DNA of 63,070 bases, the filler included, from Reticulomyxa filosa (lineage: Eukaryota > Protista > Foraminifera), in NCBI GenBank assembly GCA_000512085.1. It is 21 parts of 21 records of this genome, joined end to end, with 100 filler letters (N's around TTAATTAATTAA, not from the genome) between each part and the next. Parts side by side here need not be neighbours in the genome. Positions count along the whole stretch, not along the records: positions 24,344 to 34,588 come from ASPP01004713.1; positions 34,689 to 35,712 come from ASPP01010539.1; positions 35,813 to 42,258 come from ASPP01007210.1; 18 more parts are not named here. One strand, written 5' to 3'. The position numbers and the translations under genes are program-made. Within the stretch, counting starts at the first letter, position 1; each line of letters opens with the position of its first letter. Below are positions 24,383 to 37,952 of the stretch, one piece after another. The notes under the pieces are model-generated. The model worked only from the letters and a program-made list of their open reading frames with translations, was not told the origin of the DNA and did not search any database.

Positions 24383-25085
24383 ACACCAGGGATGGGACGA
24401 TCACTAAACACGCCAACCGAAGTTGATTTTCCACCTCGTCGAATGTATGTGACGTTGGTGCATGCTTTGTTGAATATAGCCACATGAGCCAAAGGCAATT
24501 CCAGACTGTCGTCCAAACGAGTTGGCCATTGAACTGGAAGAGAGGACAATTGTCCACGATGTGTCGACATACTTTGAGCAGGACGTTGAAGAAATGAATT
24601 ACAAATTGTATTCATTGCATTATTATTATTATTATTATTATTATCATTATTGCTATGACGATTATGCATTATCACGTCTTCCTTTTTTTCAAATTGAAAC
24701 ATATCATAAAATATTTGCTTTGATGGCTGACGGTAATATCGCCATAAAATAGATTGTCTTGTATCGTAGTATCGATTCAACATTTGTGTGTTGGACTCGC
24801 ATCCCGTCGGCTCATGTCTCTTGCTCTTTTTTGAAACATAAGTTCGTGCTTCTATTCCCTTTGCGCTTGATACATTCGCAGCGTCTTCTGCATTTTTGCT
24901 TTGATCGGGTCTCTTGGTCATCACTGCTTCCTTCTCTTTCCCTTCATACGCTGATTCGCAGCTCGCGCCCTTTTTGTCTGTCACTTCGCCCACTTCCATC
25001 CTTCCTCGTTTGCGTCGAGGCGTTTTCGACGTCATTGAACCTTTTGCTTCATTACTGTTGTCATGTTGTGTTATTGTACCCATGC
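24380..25085 (-). CDS. Exon of a protein entering a SPRY/B30.2-like domain; partial
   Basis: Low-complexity N-part, then NVTYIRRGGKSTSVGVFSDRPIP resembling the RanBP9/10-type SPRY start, then a GT donor. Confidence 0.45.
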
Positions 25086-25887
25086 CCCCTTTTTTTTTTT
25101 GGAAGAAAAGGGAACTTGCCTTAAACGTTCTCCTTAGGCTTCTCTCTCTCTCTGTTTATCTATCCTTCCTTTCCTTCTCGAATCACACACAAAAAACAAA
25201 AGTAGGCAGTTAACTCCACTGGACGAGGAAACATTATTGACAATGCTGCATTCACTCCGCCCAAGGGTCTCATCTTCCCAGAAAACAAAGAATGCTGTGA
25301 ATGAGTGATAATATTATCGTTGGTGGATTGCATTTGAACTGACCAATATGCAAAAATTAACGAATAATTGAAGAAAAATTAATGAATATTGAAATTGCAA
25401 TTATTTCAAACAACTAAAATATCCTTCCCTATCAATTTTTTTTTGGGGAAAACACAACGCCTTTTTGGTTGCAGTTTTAGAACAAACAAAACTCAACTCT
25501 TATATCGTTATTTTGTACAACGGACAAGCCGTGTTTGGTTAAGAACATGTAAGAGAGTAGAGTTTTTGGGATTGATGGAATGTTTATTTTAATTTTGTCA
25601 CGGTGCATAAAAAAAATGCTTAAAACTCACATGGGCTACACCATTCGATAAAAGAAAAGCATTGTGATTAGTAAATCTTTAGCTCGTGACTGTTCACAGT
25701 ACTTAATCGTGTTGTATACAGTTTCTATGCTTTTTAAGTATTATAGTTAAGAATTTGAATGAGAGATAAAATAATTACGACAAAAGGACATTCATTGAAG
25801 TTATTGGATACGTTACGATTGTTTGAATTGTGCCAAAAAAAAAAAAACAAGCACAGCAAGCAAGCAGCAGACAATTGTGCAAAGGCG

Positions 25888-27521
25888 TTACTGTATTAAG
25901 CAGGAGCTTTTGCTCTGAGAACTTATCCTACGTTCAAATGGTACTTTCGAACCAGTGCGATTAGTCAACTCAAAAGTAGCTAAAACTCCAAAATGATCGG
26001 AAGGAGTTAGAACTTTCCAATTGGGATTGGATCCTTCCTTGCTCTTTTTGCTCTCCTCTTCATCTAATTCGATCTTATCTTCACCTATCCTTTCGACTGA
26101 TGTTAATCTCCACTCGTATCCCTCATTTTCATCGACATATTTTTTTTCATCCTCGTGAGAGGATTTATCCGACGAGTTTGTGTCCTCATTCTTCGATTGT
26201 TTGCTCTTGTATTGCGAAATATACTCCGATCTTTTTTTCTTCATGTTGTCCCTGATAAGATTTTTTTTTTTTCCGAGCACAAAGCGCAAATATATGTATT
26301 ATATATGTGTAAACATAAATAAATGAATAAAAAAAAAAAAAAAAAAAAAAAATGTGTGTATGCATTTATTGATTTATGTATGATATGAATACGTGCTGTC
26401 AAATCGATATAAAATTCGGTCAGGTCTCCATGCAGGGAACTCATCAGTAGGAGGCATGGTGTAACCAGGACGCTCTTGTAATTCGTTTTTATTTCTAACC
26501 AGCCAACAATCGCTCCATTCTTTGTCAAGTTCTAATTCCTCAATTTTGATGTTATTTTCATTATTGCCATTTCGAATAGCTTGCGATCGAGCCAATTCAG
26601 GTTCAGTGGCACATTGATTGAAGTCTCCCATAATCAGAAAATGACATGGATTTTTCAGGTCAATCTTTTTGTGAAAACAAGCAAACAGTTGATTCCATTG
26701 TTCCTTTCGAACACGGAAATTATTGCTCAGGGACTCCAAGTGAACGGTACCAATCAAAAATTTTTCACTGTTGTCGTTCAAGCTAAATTGCACCGCCGTT
26801 AATTTCCTTTCCATCAATGTCACCTCAAAATCCATTATTTCAACTCTTTCCAACAGAATCCGCGAAAAGATCACGTTCCCATAGCCTTTCATATTTTCTG
26901 TCGTGCTCATATAATACGTTTGTATGCTTTCACACAACACGCATTCACATTGTTGTTATATATTTATTTATTGGCCACTATTTATGTATGTTTGTATATA
27001 CATATTTATACTATGTGTGTGTTAGTAAAAAAAAAAAAAATTGTAACTATTCATCACTTAATAATATACCCAAAATCTCTGAAGTCACCTCTTGTACACA
27101 CCAAACATCTGGCTCTTTTTTTTTTATTACGTTCAACACCTCCGCCATTCTTTGCGTTCACTCCGTTTGCATGCGGACAAAGGGAACACCCATTCGATGT
27201 TTCCATATTTTTGAATTTATTCACCCAAGACACAAGGGCAAAGGAAAAATACATTGGCTTTTGTTTTTTAAACATATGTTACTACAAGTTGTGAAGCTGA
27301 ACCTTTTCTTAAGACGGTGCTTTTCAAACCATATGTTCCATGTCAACACTTTTAAGGTGGGGCTGTGTGTTACAAGATCTTTGGTCTGTTTTTTTTTTGT
27401 GCACTCCAAGTACTCATCTTTATTGCTTGAATTTGGGGTAAGGGGAAAATCAAATGCAAGAAAAAGAGCAAAATACTTTTGAATTCCACCAAGATTTTTC
27501 ATTTCTTCCTGTGCTTGTCAT
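25888..27521 (-). CDS. TDP2-like endonuclease/exonuclease/phosphatase (EEP) protein, multi-exon, C-terminal CLIQ; exact start uncertain
   Basis: LKVLTWNIWF, PDVWCVQEV, YGNVIFSR, TVHLES, IMGDFN, DCW, RPDRILYR, PSDHFGV. Confidence 0.85.
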
Positions 27522-27837
27522 GATATTATGATGAATTTCAAATCCCTTTGCTTTTTTTTAAACTTGTTTTTTTGCAGCAGAACCACAGAGTCTTTCACTG
27601 AACATGGATGTGCAAAAATGTCCAACAAAGAAGATTAATCAATAGAGTTTTTCCTTTTAAGATGTAGTGCTAACAACAGAATGCATCACGATAAAAATTT
27701 TTTTTCAAAACAAGCCAGCACAGTTTTAATTCTATTTGTTTTAACAACTTAATTCCAATGCCGCAAGCAAAGCAGATCTTTTCAGTTACTGACTTCCTAA
27801 GGACTTTGAAAATAAATTAAAACTAAAAAAGCCGGTG

Positions 27838-30800
27838 ATGACATTTGTGTATAATCACCTAGCTTCCTCCTGTGCCCCTTGGATTGCTGATGAGGAGTGG
27901 AAGAGCTGTCACAACTGTGAGGGGGTGTTTACTTTCCCAAATCGTCGCTATCACTGGTAAACTTTTTTGAACCGACACGTATCTCTCGAGCAAACAAACA
28001 ACAGAAAGAGACCCAAAAAAAAAATAAATGTGAAAAACAAACAAAGTCCTTCTTGCGGAAACATTGTATGCTACAACTGTTCAAGAGGTCGTGAAGTGAT
28101 AGCAGATGAAGAAAAGCATGTTTGCTTGGCGTGTTTGACCTATTTAAAAATTCGAAGAAGCGGAGACAAGCCAGAAAACATAGTCAATATAATCAACAAA
28201 TGTATTTCGGAATATCATACAAAATGGGACCGCATTCGCACTCTGCTATTTGCACATCGATCTATACTGTCTCAAATCCAACAACAAGACAATCATCAAA
28301 TTCCGCAAGGGTTAGGAACCGAGCAGGATACCTACTTTTAACTTTTTTTTTTTGGTCTCCCCTTTATATTTTTTTTATATGTATACATATATGTTGATAT
28401 GTATAAGGCCAACCAATCAAAAAAAAAAAAGTCACTTCTGTTTTTTTCTATTACAATCTACAAAAAAAAAAAAAAAAAAAAAAGAGAGTTAAAAACAGAT
28501 GTGACATTTGAGAATGAAAACACACAATGGCTGACCCAACACGAAATTGAAGAACTGCTGAAAAAAGAACGCGACGACGACTTATTGTATTTTGTGGCGA
28601 TTCCTCCTCGCCACAATGTGAAGCTGTCGCCATGGACGAAGCGCTTGCTGTTGGTAATGCGAGATTCGCGAGTGGTGATGTCTTCGCCGTTGGACCCCAA
28701 CACCTCGTTTCTGGACTTCCTTTCGAAACCAAATGCCGGCGATACGATGAGTGACGATGTCGATATCCTGTCGGTCCTGCCGCCGAGCACTAGCACTCCC
28801 GACGGTGACGAGAAGGAAAACGAGAAGAAAACAGCGCCGGCACAGCCAATCAACTTCCAATTGTATATCAAGTTAGCGCATTTGCAAACCAGCAAGACCG
28901 AGGAGATCCCATTGCCACTTCGTGCAGTCTCACAATTTCCACGAGAGTTCAGTTTAGCTGTATGTGTGGTATGTGTTTATTTTTTTATAGGATGCATACA
29001 CATACATATACGTATATATGTATATATACGTATATATACATATATAATATGTACATATATGTATATGTTTATCAACATAATCCATCCCCCTCCTCCTTAT
29101 CGCTCTCTTTCTCTCTCTCTAATGAACAACATCTTACTACGTATGCAATACACAAACAGTTGCAAAACCCTGGTGTTACAGTTCACGCGATGCGATTTGC
29201 TAGACAAGGACACCAAACCCGATGCCGGCAGTTCAATGTTCAGTCCCGGACGTATGCAGTTCCGGAAAATAGTGAAATCGCCTTTGGCTGCGTCCAAGTC
29301 CTATAGCCAAACGATGACATCTGCACAATCAGCATCGGTCGTATTGAGCTCGAGCGTTGATACCACTGCCACGACAACGACGGCAAACAATAACAATAAT
29401 AACAATAATAACAATAATAACAATAATAACAATAATAACATTAATACAAATAACAATAACACTACTAACAATGCTAACACGATCACGACTAATACAACCA
29501 ACCCGAACGCCAATAGCAACGCCATTACCACTGTGAACAGCAATAGCGTTAACAATAGTCTTCCTTTCGAAGCAGGCAATGACGGCACGTCGAATACGTC
29601 GGGCTTGGCCGCAACCAAAGCGACAGTAGTCGAACTGGACGAGTCGAAAAGCGAGACAAGCGAGGAGAAGCAGAACACGAAGATCGAAGACAACAGCACA
29701 AGTGCCACACACGCACATTCACATAGCGTGTCGTCGTCCACGTCGTCGTTTTCGTTCCTGGGACTCCAAACTTTGATCACCAACATTGCATCCGCGCCGT
29801 CGTTCATCGCCAGCACTTTCAGTTCCTCTGAGAGCAGTAGCAACAGCAGCAACGCGAACTTAAGCATTAGCAATAATAATAGTAATAGCAATAGTAATAG
29901 CAATAGCAATAGCAATAACAATAGCAATAACAGTAGTAATAGTAATAATAATACCGGCACTAACAGTGGCAATAGCAATGGCATCAAAAATACATCGGGG
30001 CCAACGCAGGCCGACTCGATGATGCCAATGCCATCGCCTGCACGAATGGTGAACCCATCGATTGTGGGCGGCGCGGGGGACGAGGCCAATGGACAGAAAA
30101 AAAAAGGGTCCCGATGTTGAAGTTGGTGCTATTGCCGTTCGGAGCACAGTTTGCGTTTGAAAAAGAAGACGATCGAAAAAGGAAGCTGACGGGGCCATTG
30201 CCGCCTCCGATGAAGCCTCCGACTCCACGTGTCGACCTGCTCAACGAACTGTTGCTCATGTCCACCACCGTCGACAGCAGAGACGATCGCGCAACAGATG
30301 GTCACGACGCGAATCACAAAAAGCGTGTGAGCGATATCAATGCAGATGGGCCTTTGTGGAGTGAACAAGACGAAATAAGCAACAATGGCAACAATGGTGT
30401 AAATGCCAATGGCGCGGACAAAACCGATCAAAGCCAAAGATCCAAACGAAGGAAAAGCAGTGTGATCAAGATCATCGATCTGCCCAAGCCCTATGTCCCT
30501 GGGACTGTCACAAGTGTGCGATCCGAACGTAGCGCTTCGATCACGTTGCCGACTGCATTGGAAATCACTTCCACCAATTCCAATGTCGTTACTGCCGAAC
30601 AGCCCCCTCCTGTCACTTCCTTGGAACAACCGCAACAGTCACAGTCGCAACACGATGAAGCCAAAGCTGCTGCTGTCGTCGTTGTCGCAGTGCAAAATGT
30701 AACGCTCGATGAAAAGCGAAGGCCCAGTGTGACATTGGAAACGAACACGACAAAGACATCCAGTGAACAGCCAAAGTCACAGGGACAGAACGCCGATGAT

Positions 30801-31175
30801 GAGCCCGTGCTATTGTCTCTTCCCGTCGACACTGATATGGCAACACCCGTTACCAATGGCAATACGGACGAGAAAAACAATCCCGCCATTGCGTCGTCGC
30901 CATCGCCTTCTGCGTCGCCCGCGCTAACCCTATCGGTGCCTTCTGCACCGTCGACACAGCCAGCGCAGAAAAAAGGACTGGTCGATGTGCCTTTGGCAAC
31001 GATATCGAGCCAAGAGGAAAACGAAGAAGAAAAGGGGACTGGAATAGAAGAGGAAGTTGCTGCCGGTGGAAGCCGAACACTTCGAGGTCGAATCTGGAAA
31101 AAAGTTTGGAAAGCGACATCGAATTTGGCGTTGAACAATAATAACAGTTCGAATAGTAATTATAGCAACAGTAAC

Positions 31176-31225
<50 letters not shown>

Positions 31226-32728
31226 TAGTAACAATAGCAATGGCAATAATGACAACACGAATGAATCAAGCAATAATGACAATGGGCCAGTCAAAAGCAC
31301 TCCATCACCACGAACCAATTCAATCAATGTGGCCAATGGCAACAATGGAACAGCCTCCCCTCCGCCGCAAGGCGACAGTCCTTCTCCCAATAACACAACG
31401 ACCACGCCCCTGTCCGCGACAGAGACGCAAAAGAAGATAAATGCGAGTGGAGGTGCAAACGAAAACGGAGGGACGCGCGTCGGAGTGTATTCGATGGACC
31501 GAATTCGAGGGTTTTTAACCGGTTGGGTGTCCTCGGCAGCCGACAGCATGAGCGCGAGTGTGAACGTAGACAATGGAGCCACATCCAATGATTCACATGG
31601 CAATGTCGGCGGCGTCGAACATGACGTCGCCGACCATCCGCAGTTGTACACGTTCACCAAAAACGATTGGCCATTGTTGCAAAGAAATCGCTTCGACGTG
31701 TGCCAAGACATACTTGAGGTGCTCTCTTGTCGTCGCGAAAAATTTGAGCGTAGATATTCCGAATACGTTGTCGAGTTTTTCAAGTTTGCACAGGATTTAA
31801 AGACCAAAGTGACTTGGGCCAATCCCACGCACAGCGACAAATTGCAAAAGTTGTGGAAGTATTTTATGTTCGACCCAAAGTATAAAGACATAGACCCACC
31901 TCGGGAGCCTCACGAAGGATGGAAAGAAATTGGGTTTCAAGTTTGTCTTTTTCTTTTCTTCTCGTTTGTTTCCAGTAGCCACATGAATTGTCATCATAGG
32001 GAAAAGATCCAGCCACTGACTTTCGTGGTATGGGCGAACATGCCTTGAACGTATGTTCTATTATTTATATATACATATATATATATGCGTGTATTTGTAT
32101 TGCTGTTTGTTTGTGTTGATTGATTTATTGGTCAATTGGTGATTGGTTGCTGTTACTGTACTGGGTTCAAATCTTCTTATCAATCTAAAAGTGCATGCTG
32201 TACTTTGGAGAAAACTACCCGGCTCATTGTCATGTCATATTTGGCAAAGAGAAAAGTGCAGATAATTATTATCCTATTTGCACATCGTTCATCAACTTGG
32301 TCCATCTAATGTGCGAATTGACCAATGCTGCCAAAGGTATGTGTGTCTTTTTCGAGTCGTGTGTGTGTGTGTGTAAATGCTGCACGTAAAATGAAATAAT
32401 AGTTAGTGAATTGGACATGACGCAACAAACCCCCTTGCTCAAGCTATTCTGCACTGTGCCGGCGGAATCTAGACCCTTTGAAGAATTGTTTTGCTCCTTA
32501 GTCCAAACATTCGACAATGCTTGGCGCTTCACCAAGTGCTCTTATATGGAGTTTCCATTCTTAATGAATGCTTTTCGTGAACGCATTGAATTCATGCTTC
32601 GAAAAGAACCTTTATCCTTTCCATTGTTCTTAGAATGGATTGAAACTGATCCGTACATTTTTGAATACAAATCAGGAAATGTCAACCAATTAGACTTAAT
32701 GAATTCCAATGCTACTTTTTTGACATAA
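27838..32728 (+). CDS. Large multi-exon protein: N-terminal FYVE finger, low-complexity middle, C-terminal ELMO/CED-12 domain
   Basis: WIADEEWKSCHNC..FTFPNRRYHC|PSCGNIVCYNCS..HVCLAC; WKEIGFQ|GKDPATDFRGMG, YYPICTSFINL, FEELFC..FDNAW..SYMEF; homopolymer frameshift near 30105. Confidence 0.85.
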
Positions 32729-33122
32729 AAACCAATTAATGAAATCTCTTGTTATATTTCATTATTCAATTATTGATTAAATATTCACTCTAAAACTTTG
32801 TAATTTTTGAAAGAAAAATGACTCTTCTCCCCCAAGATCTTTAAACCTTTGGCTTGTATCTTAACGTTTTTGATAAATACTATCCAAAATCATATCATTT
32901 TAACAAATAGCCATTCACGAAAACTGTCATACTTTTACTTTGGTTTTTCTCTAAAGGTATTTTATTATTCAAGGATTCAGAAATACTAACAAATCTTGCA
33001 ATACTTCAATATGGAATTTATTCTTTTTTTTCAAATAAAAATACAAAAATATTGAACTCTTTTCAGTTTTTATCATGTGAAATGACCAAAATATAAAAGC
33101 AAAGAGAAATTGAAAAAAGGTT

Positions 33123-33661
33123 TTATTCTTCGAGGAGAAAGTAAAGACATGGAATGACTCCACAATTGACAGTACTCTCATTGTCTGAGTTGTGGTGAGA
33201 ATCAAATAACTGAAACTCAATTTTGGATGGTTGATGAACAAAAATATGTTGTTGGTTATTGACAATGCTATAAGTAACACCGGCACTTTTTTGTTCGATT
33301 TGAATAGTATATCGAACAGATGCAGATGGAAATTTTGTGTTCGCCTTGCCGAAATAAATATAACTAGAGTAATATTAGGCGTGGTCTCGTAAGGCCATGT
33401 TGTGACCTCATTTGGATTCGTTTTGAAAAGTGTTTCGTTAGTTTGTTGGTTAAAAATATGAACGATGTTAATTCATTGCTGCCTTTGCTTAAGAACAATC
33501 CAATTCCACACAAATGAATAGAACGATCGCATTCAAAAGATATAGCATCAACAAGACCACCACTTTTGTTTCCTCACTACCAGTAATAAAAACCACGTCA
33601 CTGAATTTAGGTTCAGTTATTAATCTCTGTACATTTTATCCATTGTATAGTCCATTGGCAT
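33123..33661 (-). pseudogene. BTB-PHR (BTBD1/2/3/6-like) pseudogene with most of BTB/BACK missing
   Basis: KFSDVVFITGSEETK (BTB start) joined out of frame to GLVDAISFECDRSIHLCGIGLF ... IEFQLFDS..NESTVNCGVIPCLYF* (PHR). Confidence 0.6.
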
Positions 33662-34714
33662 CACCAGGTAAGAATCGATCAAAGAGGTTTATTTCATTTT
33701 ATACTATAATGGTTTTGTACTTATCCCTTTTTATTTTACCAATTTGAAAACAAAACATCACTTCTCATCAAGTGTAGTATCACATTAGTTATGGGTTCTG
33801 AAATCAAAAGTAAATTCTGAACAAAAAATATTTATTCTTTCATTGTAAAAAAATCCATAACAGTACTGTTTACTTTGATATGCAGTTTTGAAAATTGTGT
33901 TCGCTCATTCATAATCACAAAACAAAAAAATTAATGAAAGTTTTCCGAGATTTGTTTACTTTTTTCACAAGCTCGTCACAGTTGAATTTCTTAATAACAA
34001 GAACACGGCACTGAAAAAAATATATTGAGTATCAATATTTTATGAATTCAACAATTCGAAAACAAGAACTCAGATTATTCGTGAAGAGCCTAATTTTAAC
34101 AACATGATTAATATAGATAAACAACATTTGATTTAATCAGTTTTTTTTTGTATTTAAGTCTAACCAAGACTTAAATTTAGTTTTTCGCTGTTGTCGATGT
34201 TTTTTATTTTTTTATTGGGCTAGTGGTATTTAGCTAGGATGATCTATTTTTCGTTAACAGATGCTTTTTTTTTAAAACACTTATTGCTCGTTCCAACAAC
34301 TGAAGATACTTGATCGCACTACAACTCAATAGCATAATACCAATTATTTTGTAGGAAAAAAAATAATTCTTATAAATATTCTTTTTTCATGAGTTAACTT
34401 AAAAAAAAACAAAAAAAAAAAGAAGCTGTTTGTTGTTCTGTTATCTTCTCCTTTGTGCTTGTATCCGTTTCAGAGGCACTCTTTTCACATTTCGACGAAC
34501 CTTTGCCATTGGAAATAGTGCTACTCGCTGACTTGTTTTGAGTGGACGTAGAAGAAGTTGTTCCTGTTTTGTCAAAGTTTTGAGCTTANNNNNNNNNNNN
34601 NNNNNNNNNNNNNNNNNNNNNNNNNNNNNNNNTTAATTAATTAANNNNNNNNNNNNNNNNNNNNNNNNNNNNNNNNNNNNNNNNNNNNAAAAAAAAAAGC
34701 AACTATACATGTAG

Positions 34715-35660
34715 GGTCCATTTGATATCTTAGTGCACAAATTAGGAAGCTGGTATGTTGCTGCGCAAACGCAGCCCGAAGCTTACAAGCAGCTAAAGGA
34801 ATGCTTGCACTACATTCGTTCATGTGACACCAACTTGGATTTTGACCAGTGTGTATACTCTGTTTTTGACTTGAGAGATTATTATTTTTTTATTGTGTAC
34901 ATATATGTTTCTGTATATATGTAAATGTATACGATTTGATGGCTTATTTAATCTATTTACACTTTTTTTTTTATTAAAAAAAAATAAAGGTATCCATTTT
35001 CTTTTGATTTGGACAAGAAGTACAAGAACAACGATGATATGTTTCAAGAAACGAAGCAAGAACACAATGACAAGGAGGTGTCACAAGTGAGCGGTGGAAT
35101 AGATGACAAATTACATTTGGATAAAGGACAGAGTGGAAATAATGTAAGTGCAAGCAAGTCGTCGATACTGAAACCTCTTCGTCGAATGTATGTGTTGGAC
35201 CACCCTTTCGCAGCGTTTCGCACAATCGATCGATGGCATGTATATAACATCCTAACGAACGCCGACTTGAAATACGAGTGCAAGTCCGACCCGCAACAAC
35301 AAGAACAGCAACCCTACGTAATGACGCTCTCATCTCCTCGAAGTATATTACTTCAGTTGGAAGAGCTGAAAGAGTTGAAACAAATCTATGATGAAGCGAA
35401 ACAAAAATCAGAGACGACAGATAAGAGCAAGTTGGAAGCAACCATCAAAAACCATGCTCTCTACAAACGCATTTCCGAACTCCGTTACCCTGTCATCGCC
35501 AAGTCAAGGATTGGTGTGTCTCCTGCTACCAAAGACGCCAAAAAAGACACCACGTGCAATGCCCATCGTCTGCGAATCATACCATCTGCTGATTTGGTTA
35601 TTGACAATATCGAAATTACCGAAGATTGGATGTTACAAGAATATATTCCACATTCTGGTG
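34715..35660 (+). CDS. ITPK1: Inositol-tetrakisphosphate 1-kinase (ATP-grasp), internal fragment
   Basis: GPFDILVHKL, VLDHPFAAFRTIDRW, YPVIAKSRIG, AHRLRII, LQEYIPHSG match the ITPK1 motif order. Confidence 0.8.
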
Positions 35661-35975
35661 TGTTTACCATGTAGTATACGTGCATGTTTTGTTTTGTTTT
35701 TTTTTCCCCCCCNNNNNNNNNNNNNNNNNNNNNNNNNNNNNNNNNNNNNNNNNNNNTTAATTAATTAANNNNNNNNNNNNNNNNNNNNNNNNNNNNNNNN
35801 NNNNNNNNNNNNGCATGTGTGGATTTGATGTTAACAGGTATAGCAAACAAGCCAAGAGTTTGTTTTTTTTTTTAAGTCATCCAAAAAAAAAAAAAATATA
35901 TTGGAAAAGGGGGGAGCAAAAAAAAAAAAAAATTTTAAATGGTATGTTTATGCAAAAAAAAAAAAAAAGTAAATA

Positions 35976-37208
35976 ATGCTGTTATTGTTCATAACAAAAT
36001 TGCATCAATTGTTGGTGTCATCAATGGAACCGTTTATTCCAGAACACAGACAGAGCGTAAATCATACGCGGAACCAAAAGAGTGGTGACAATGCACGTTT
36101 GTCAAACAAAATATTCAAAAAAAAGACCAGTTTGAGTTTGGTGACCCGTGACATGAACGCTGGAGGAATGAATATTAGCAACAAAAATAATAAAAATAAC
36201 AATAACAATAACAATAACAATAACAATAACAATAACAATAACAGTGGTAATGGCAATGGCAATGATAATGGTAATAGTGCGACACGTAACCTCATGAACG
36301 AAGAAGAGGATACCTATCATGTCCGAAGTATTCAAGACGTGATGAAAAAATCCACGCTACTCGTGATGTTGTTGTGTCTGTCCACACTCGTGTTGAGCAT
36401 ATTGGTAGTCATAAGTGACCACTACTTCTACTATTTTGTCATCGATTCGCTCTTCAATGGCATTTGTGTGACCTTGTTGAGCGCCAAATTGAATCACATC
36501 TACGTCCCCTTTTGCAGTCCACTCGAGTGCTGTGTGGGCGGGAAATGCTGTTGCGAGTGCATTGATCACATGGCCTTTGGCTTCATGCACTTCAAACATA
36601 CTCGCAACACCACGAAACGAGGCAATGGCGCGGAGGATGTTATGGTTGAGATTTTGAATGCAGATGGACAAGGTAACAAACTAACTGGTCATGGTCCACG
36701 AAGTACAATTACCATTACTGAAGCTAAATATGACCATGACCACGGTCATGATCATGACCACGACCATGATCATGACCTTGATCATAATGATCATAATAGA
36801 CACAAACACGACATTGATATGGATATTGATGTCGATATTGATATTGAACATGACAGCATCACTGACAATGAACGAATCCAATCCAATCCTTCCACACATG
36901 CACCCACTCAACTGTCGCCCAAAACAACTCTCAGTGTCAATGTCAAAGAAACCTCCAATAACAATCATCACAGCATTGATAATGTTGGCCTGCCGAACAT
37001 GAACGGACATGTCAAAGACGGCTTCACTAGCATCCCCAACTCAAGTCGCAGAGGATCTTTTGATGAAAATGAAAATGAAAACGAAAACGAAAACGACAAT
37101 GACAATGAAAATGAAGCACCTGCTACACCTAGAACACATACTAATACCACAGAGGCGTCATCCGTCATTGACGACGACGAAATTATTGAAAGACAAGATA
37201 ACTGCTAA
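35976..37208 (+). CDS. C-terminal part of a GPCR-like 7TM protein with a long His/Asp-rich tail; 5'-partial
   Basis: TM end LLFITKL, poly-N loop, KKSTLLVMLL TM, VIDSLFNGICVTL TM, YVPFC..CC cysteine cluster, (HD)n repeat. Confidence 0.6.
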   Translation: MLLLFITKLHQLLVSSMEPFIPEHRQSVNHTRNQKSGDNARLSNKIFKKKTSLSLVTRDMNAGGMNISNKNNKNNNNNNNNNNNNNNNNSGNGNGNDNGNSATRNLMNEEEDTYHVRSIQDVMKKSTLLVMLLCLSTLVLSILVVISDHYFYYFVIDSLFNGICVTLLSAKLNHIYVPFCSPLECCVGGKCCCECIDHMAFGFMHFKHTRNTTKRGNGAEDVMVEILNADGQGNKLTGHGPRSTITITEAKYDHDHGHDHDHDHDHDLDHNDHNRHKHDIDMDIDVDIDIEHDSITDNERIQSNPSTHAPTQLSPKTTLSVNVKETSNNNHHSIDNVGLPNMNGHVKDGFTSIPNSSRRGSFDENENENENENDNDNENEAPATPRTHTNTTEASSVIDDDEIIERQDNC

Positions 37209-37952
37209 TTGAAAAAAACATTGAGTGCTATTTATTTGTTTTGTGTTTTTTGCGTGATTTTAATAGTTTTTTTTTTTTTTGACTTGATTTGATTTGTTTT
37301 GTTCTTGTTCTTCTTATTCTTGTTTTTATTTTTGTTTTCGATTTTTGTTTTGTTTTGTTTTGTTTTTTTGTTCGTTTTTTTCCCCCCCATCTTTCTCCTA
37401 TTTGTTTGGTTGAACTATTTTTTGAGATGTCTCTTCCCTGTGGATTATTTAGGTGCTTGCTCTTGCTCTCCTTTTTTTTGGTTATCTTTTTATCTTTTTT
37501 TTTTGTTCTTTTTTCTAATGCTTCTTTTCTACACACGTCATGCCAATTGACTTGCTCTGGTTGTTGCTTGTTGTGCGCTTTTTGTTCCTACATTTATCAT
37601 GTTCCGAAACGTTCGTTTGTGTCGGTATATTCGGGTTTAATTCCGCCACATGGACCAAATAATTTTGCAAGTTCATTTGATTGGACATTCAAATTGTGGT
37701 TGTTGTGAAAACCACGCCTACCATTTGATGGAATTTTTGCAATAGACATTTTGAACCGAAAATGTGTGCAATAAGGAAAAAAGATACTTTTGAACATTGT
37801 TAGCATTCGACAAAATTTCAAAACACTTTGACAACTGTTACATTAAAAAAACCTAAGCAAATGTAGCAAGTGTTCTCTATTTTGGCTATTTCGCATTAAT
37901 TGCATTCATAAATTGTGGTGATTAAATTTTTTTGTTAAAAAATCTCATTTCT

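Noticed and set aside
29301-31891. Long antisense poly-Leu/Ile/Tyr ORFs (also 8187-8496, 20719-21087, 36062-36335, 37228-37708)
   Set aside because: Shadow frames of (AAT/AAC)n poly-Asn tracts or A/T-rich low-complexity DNA
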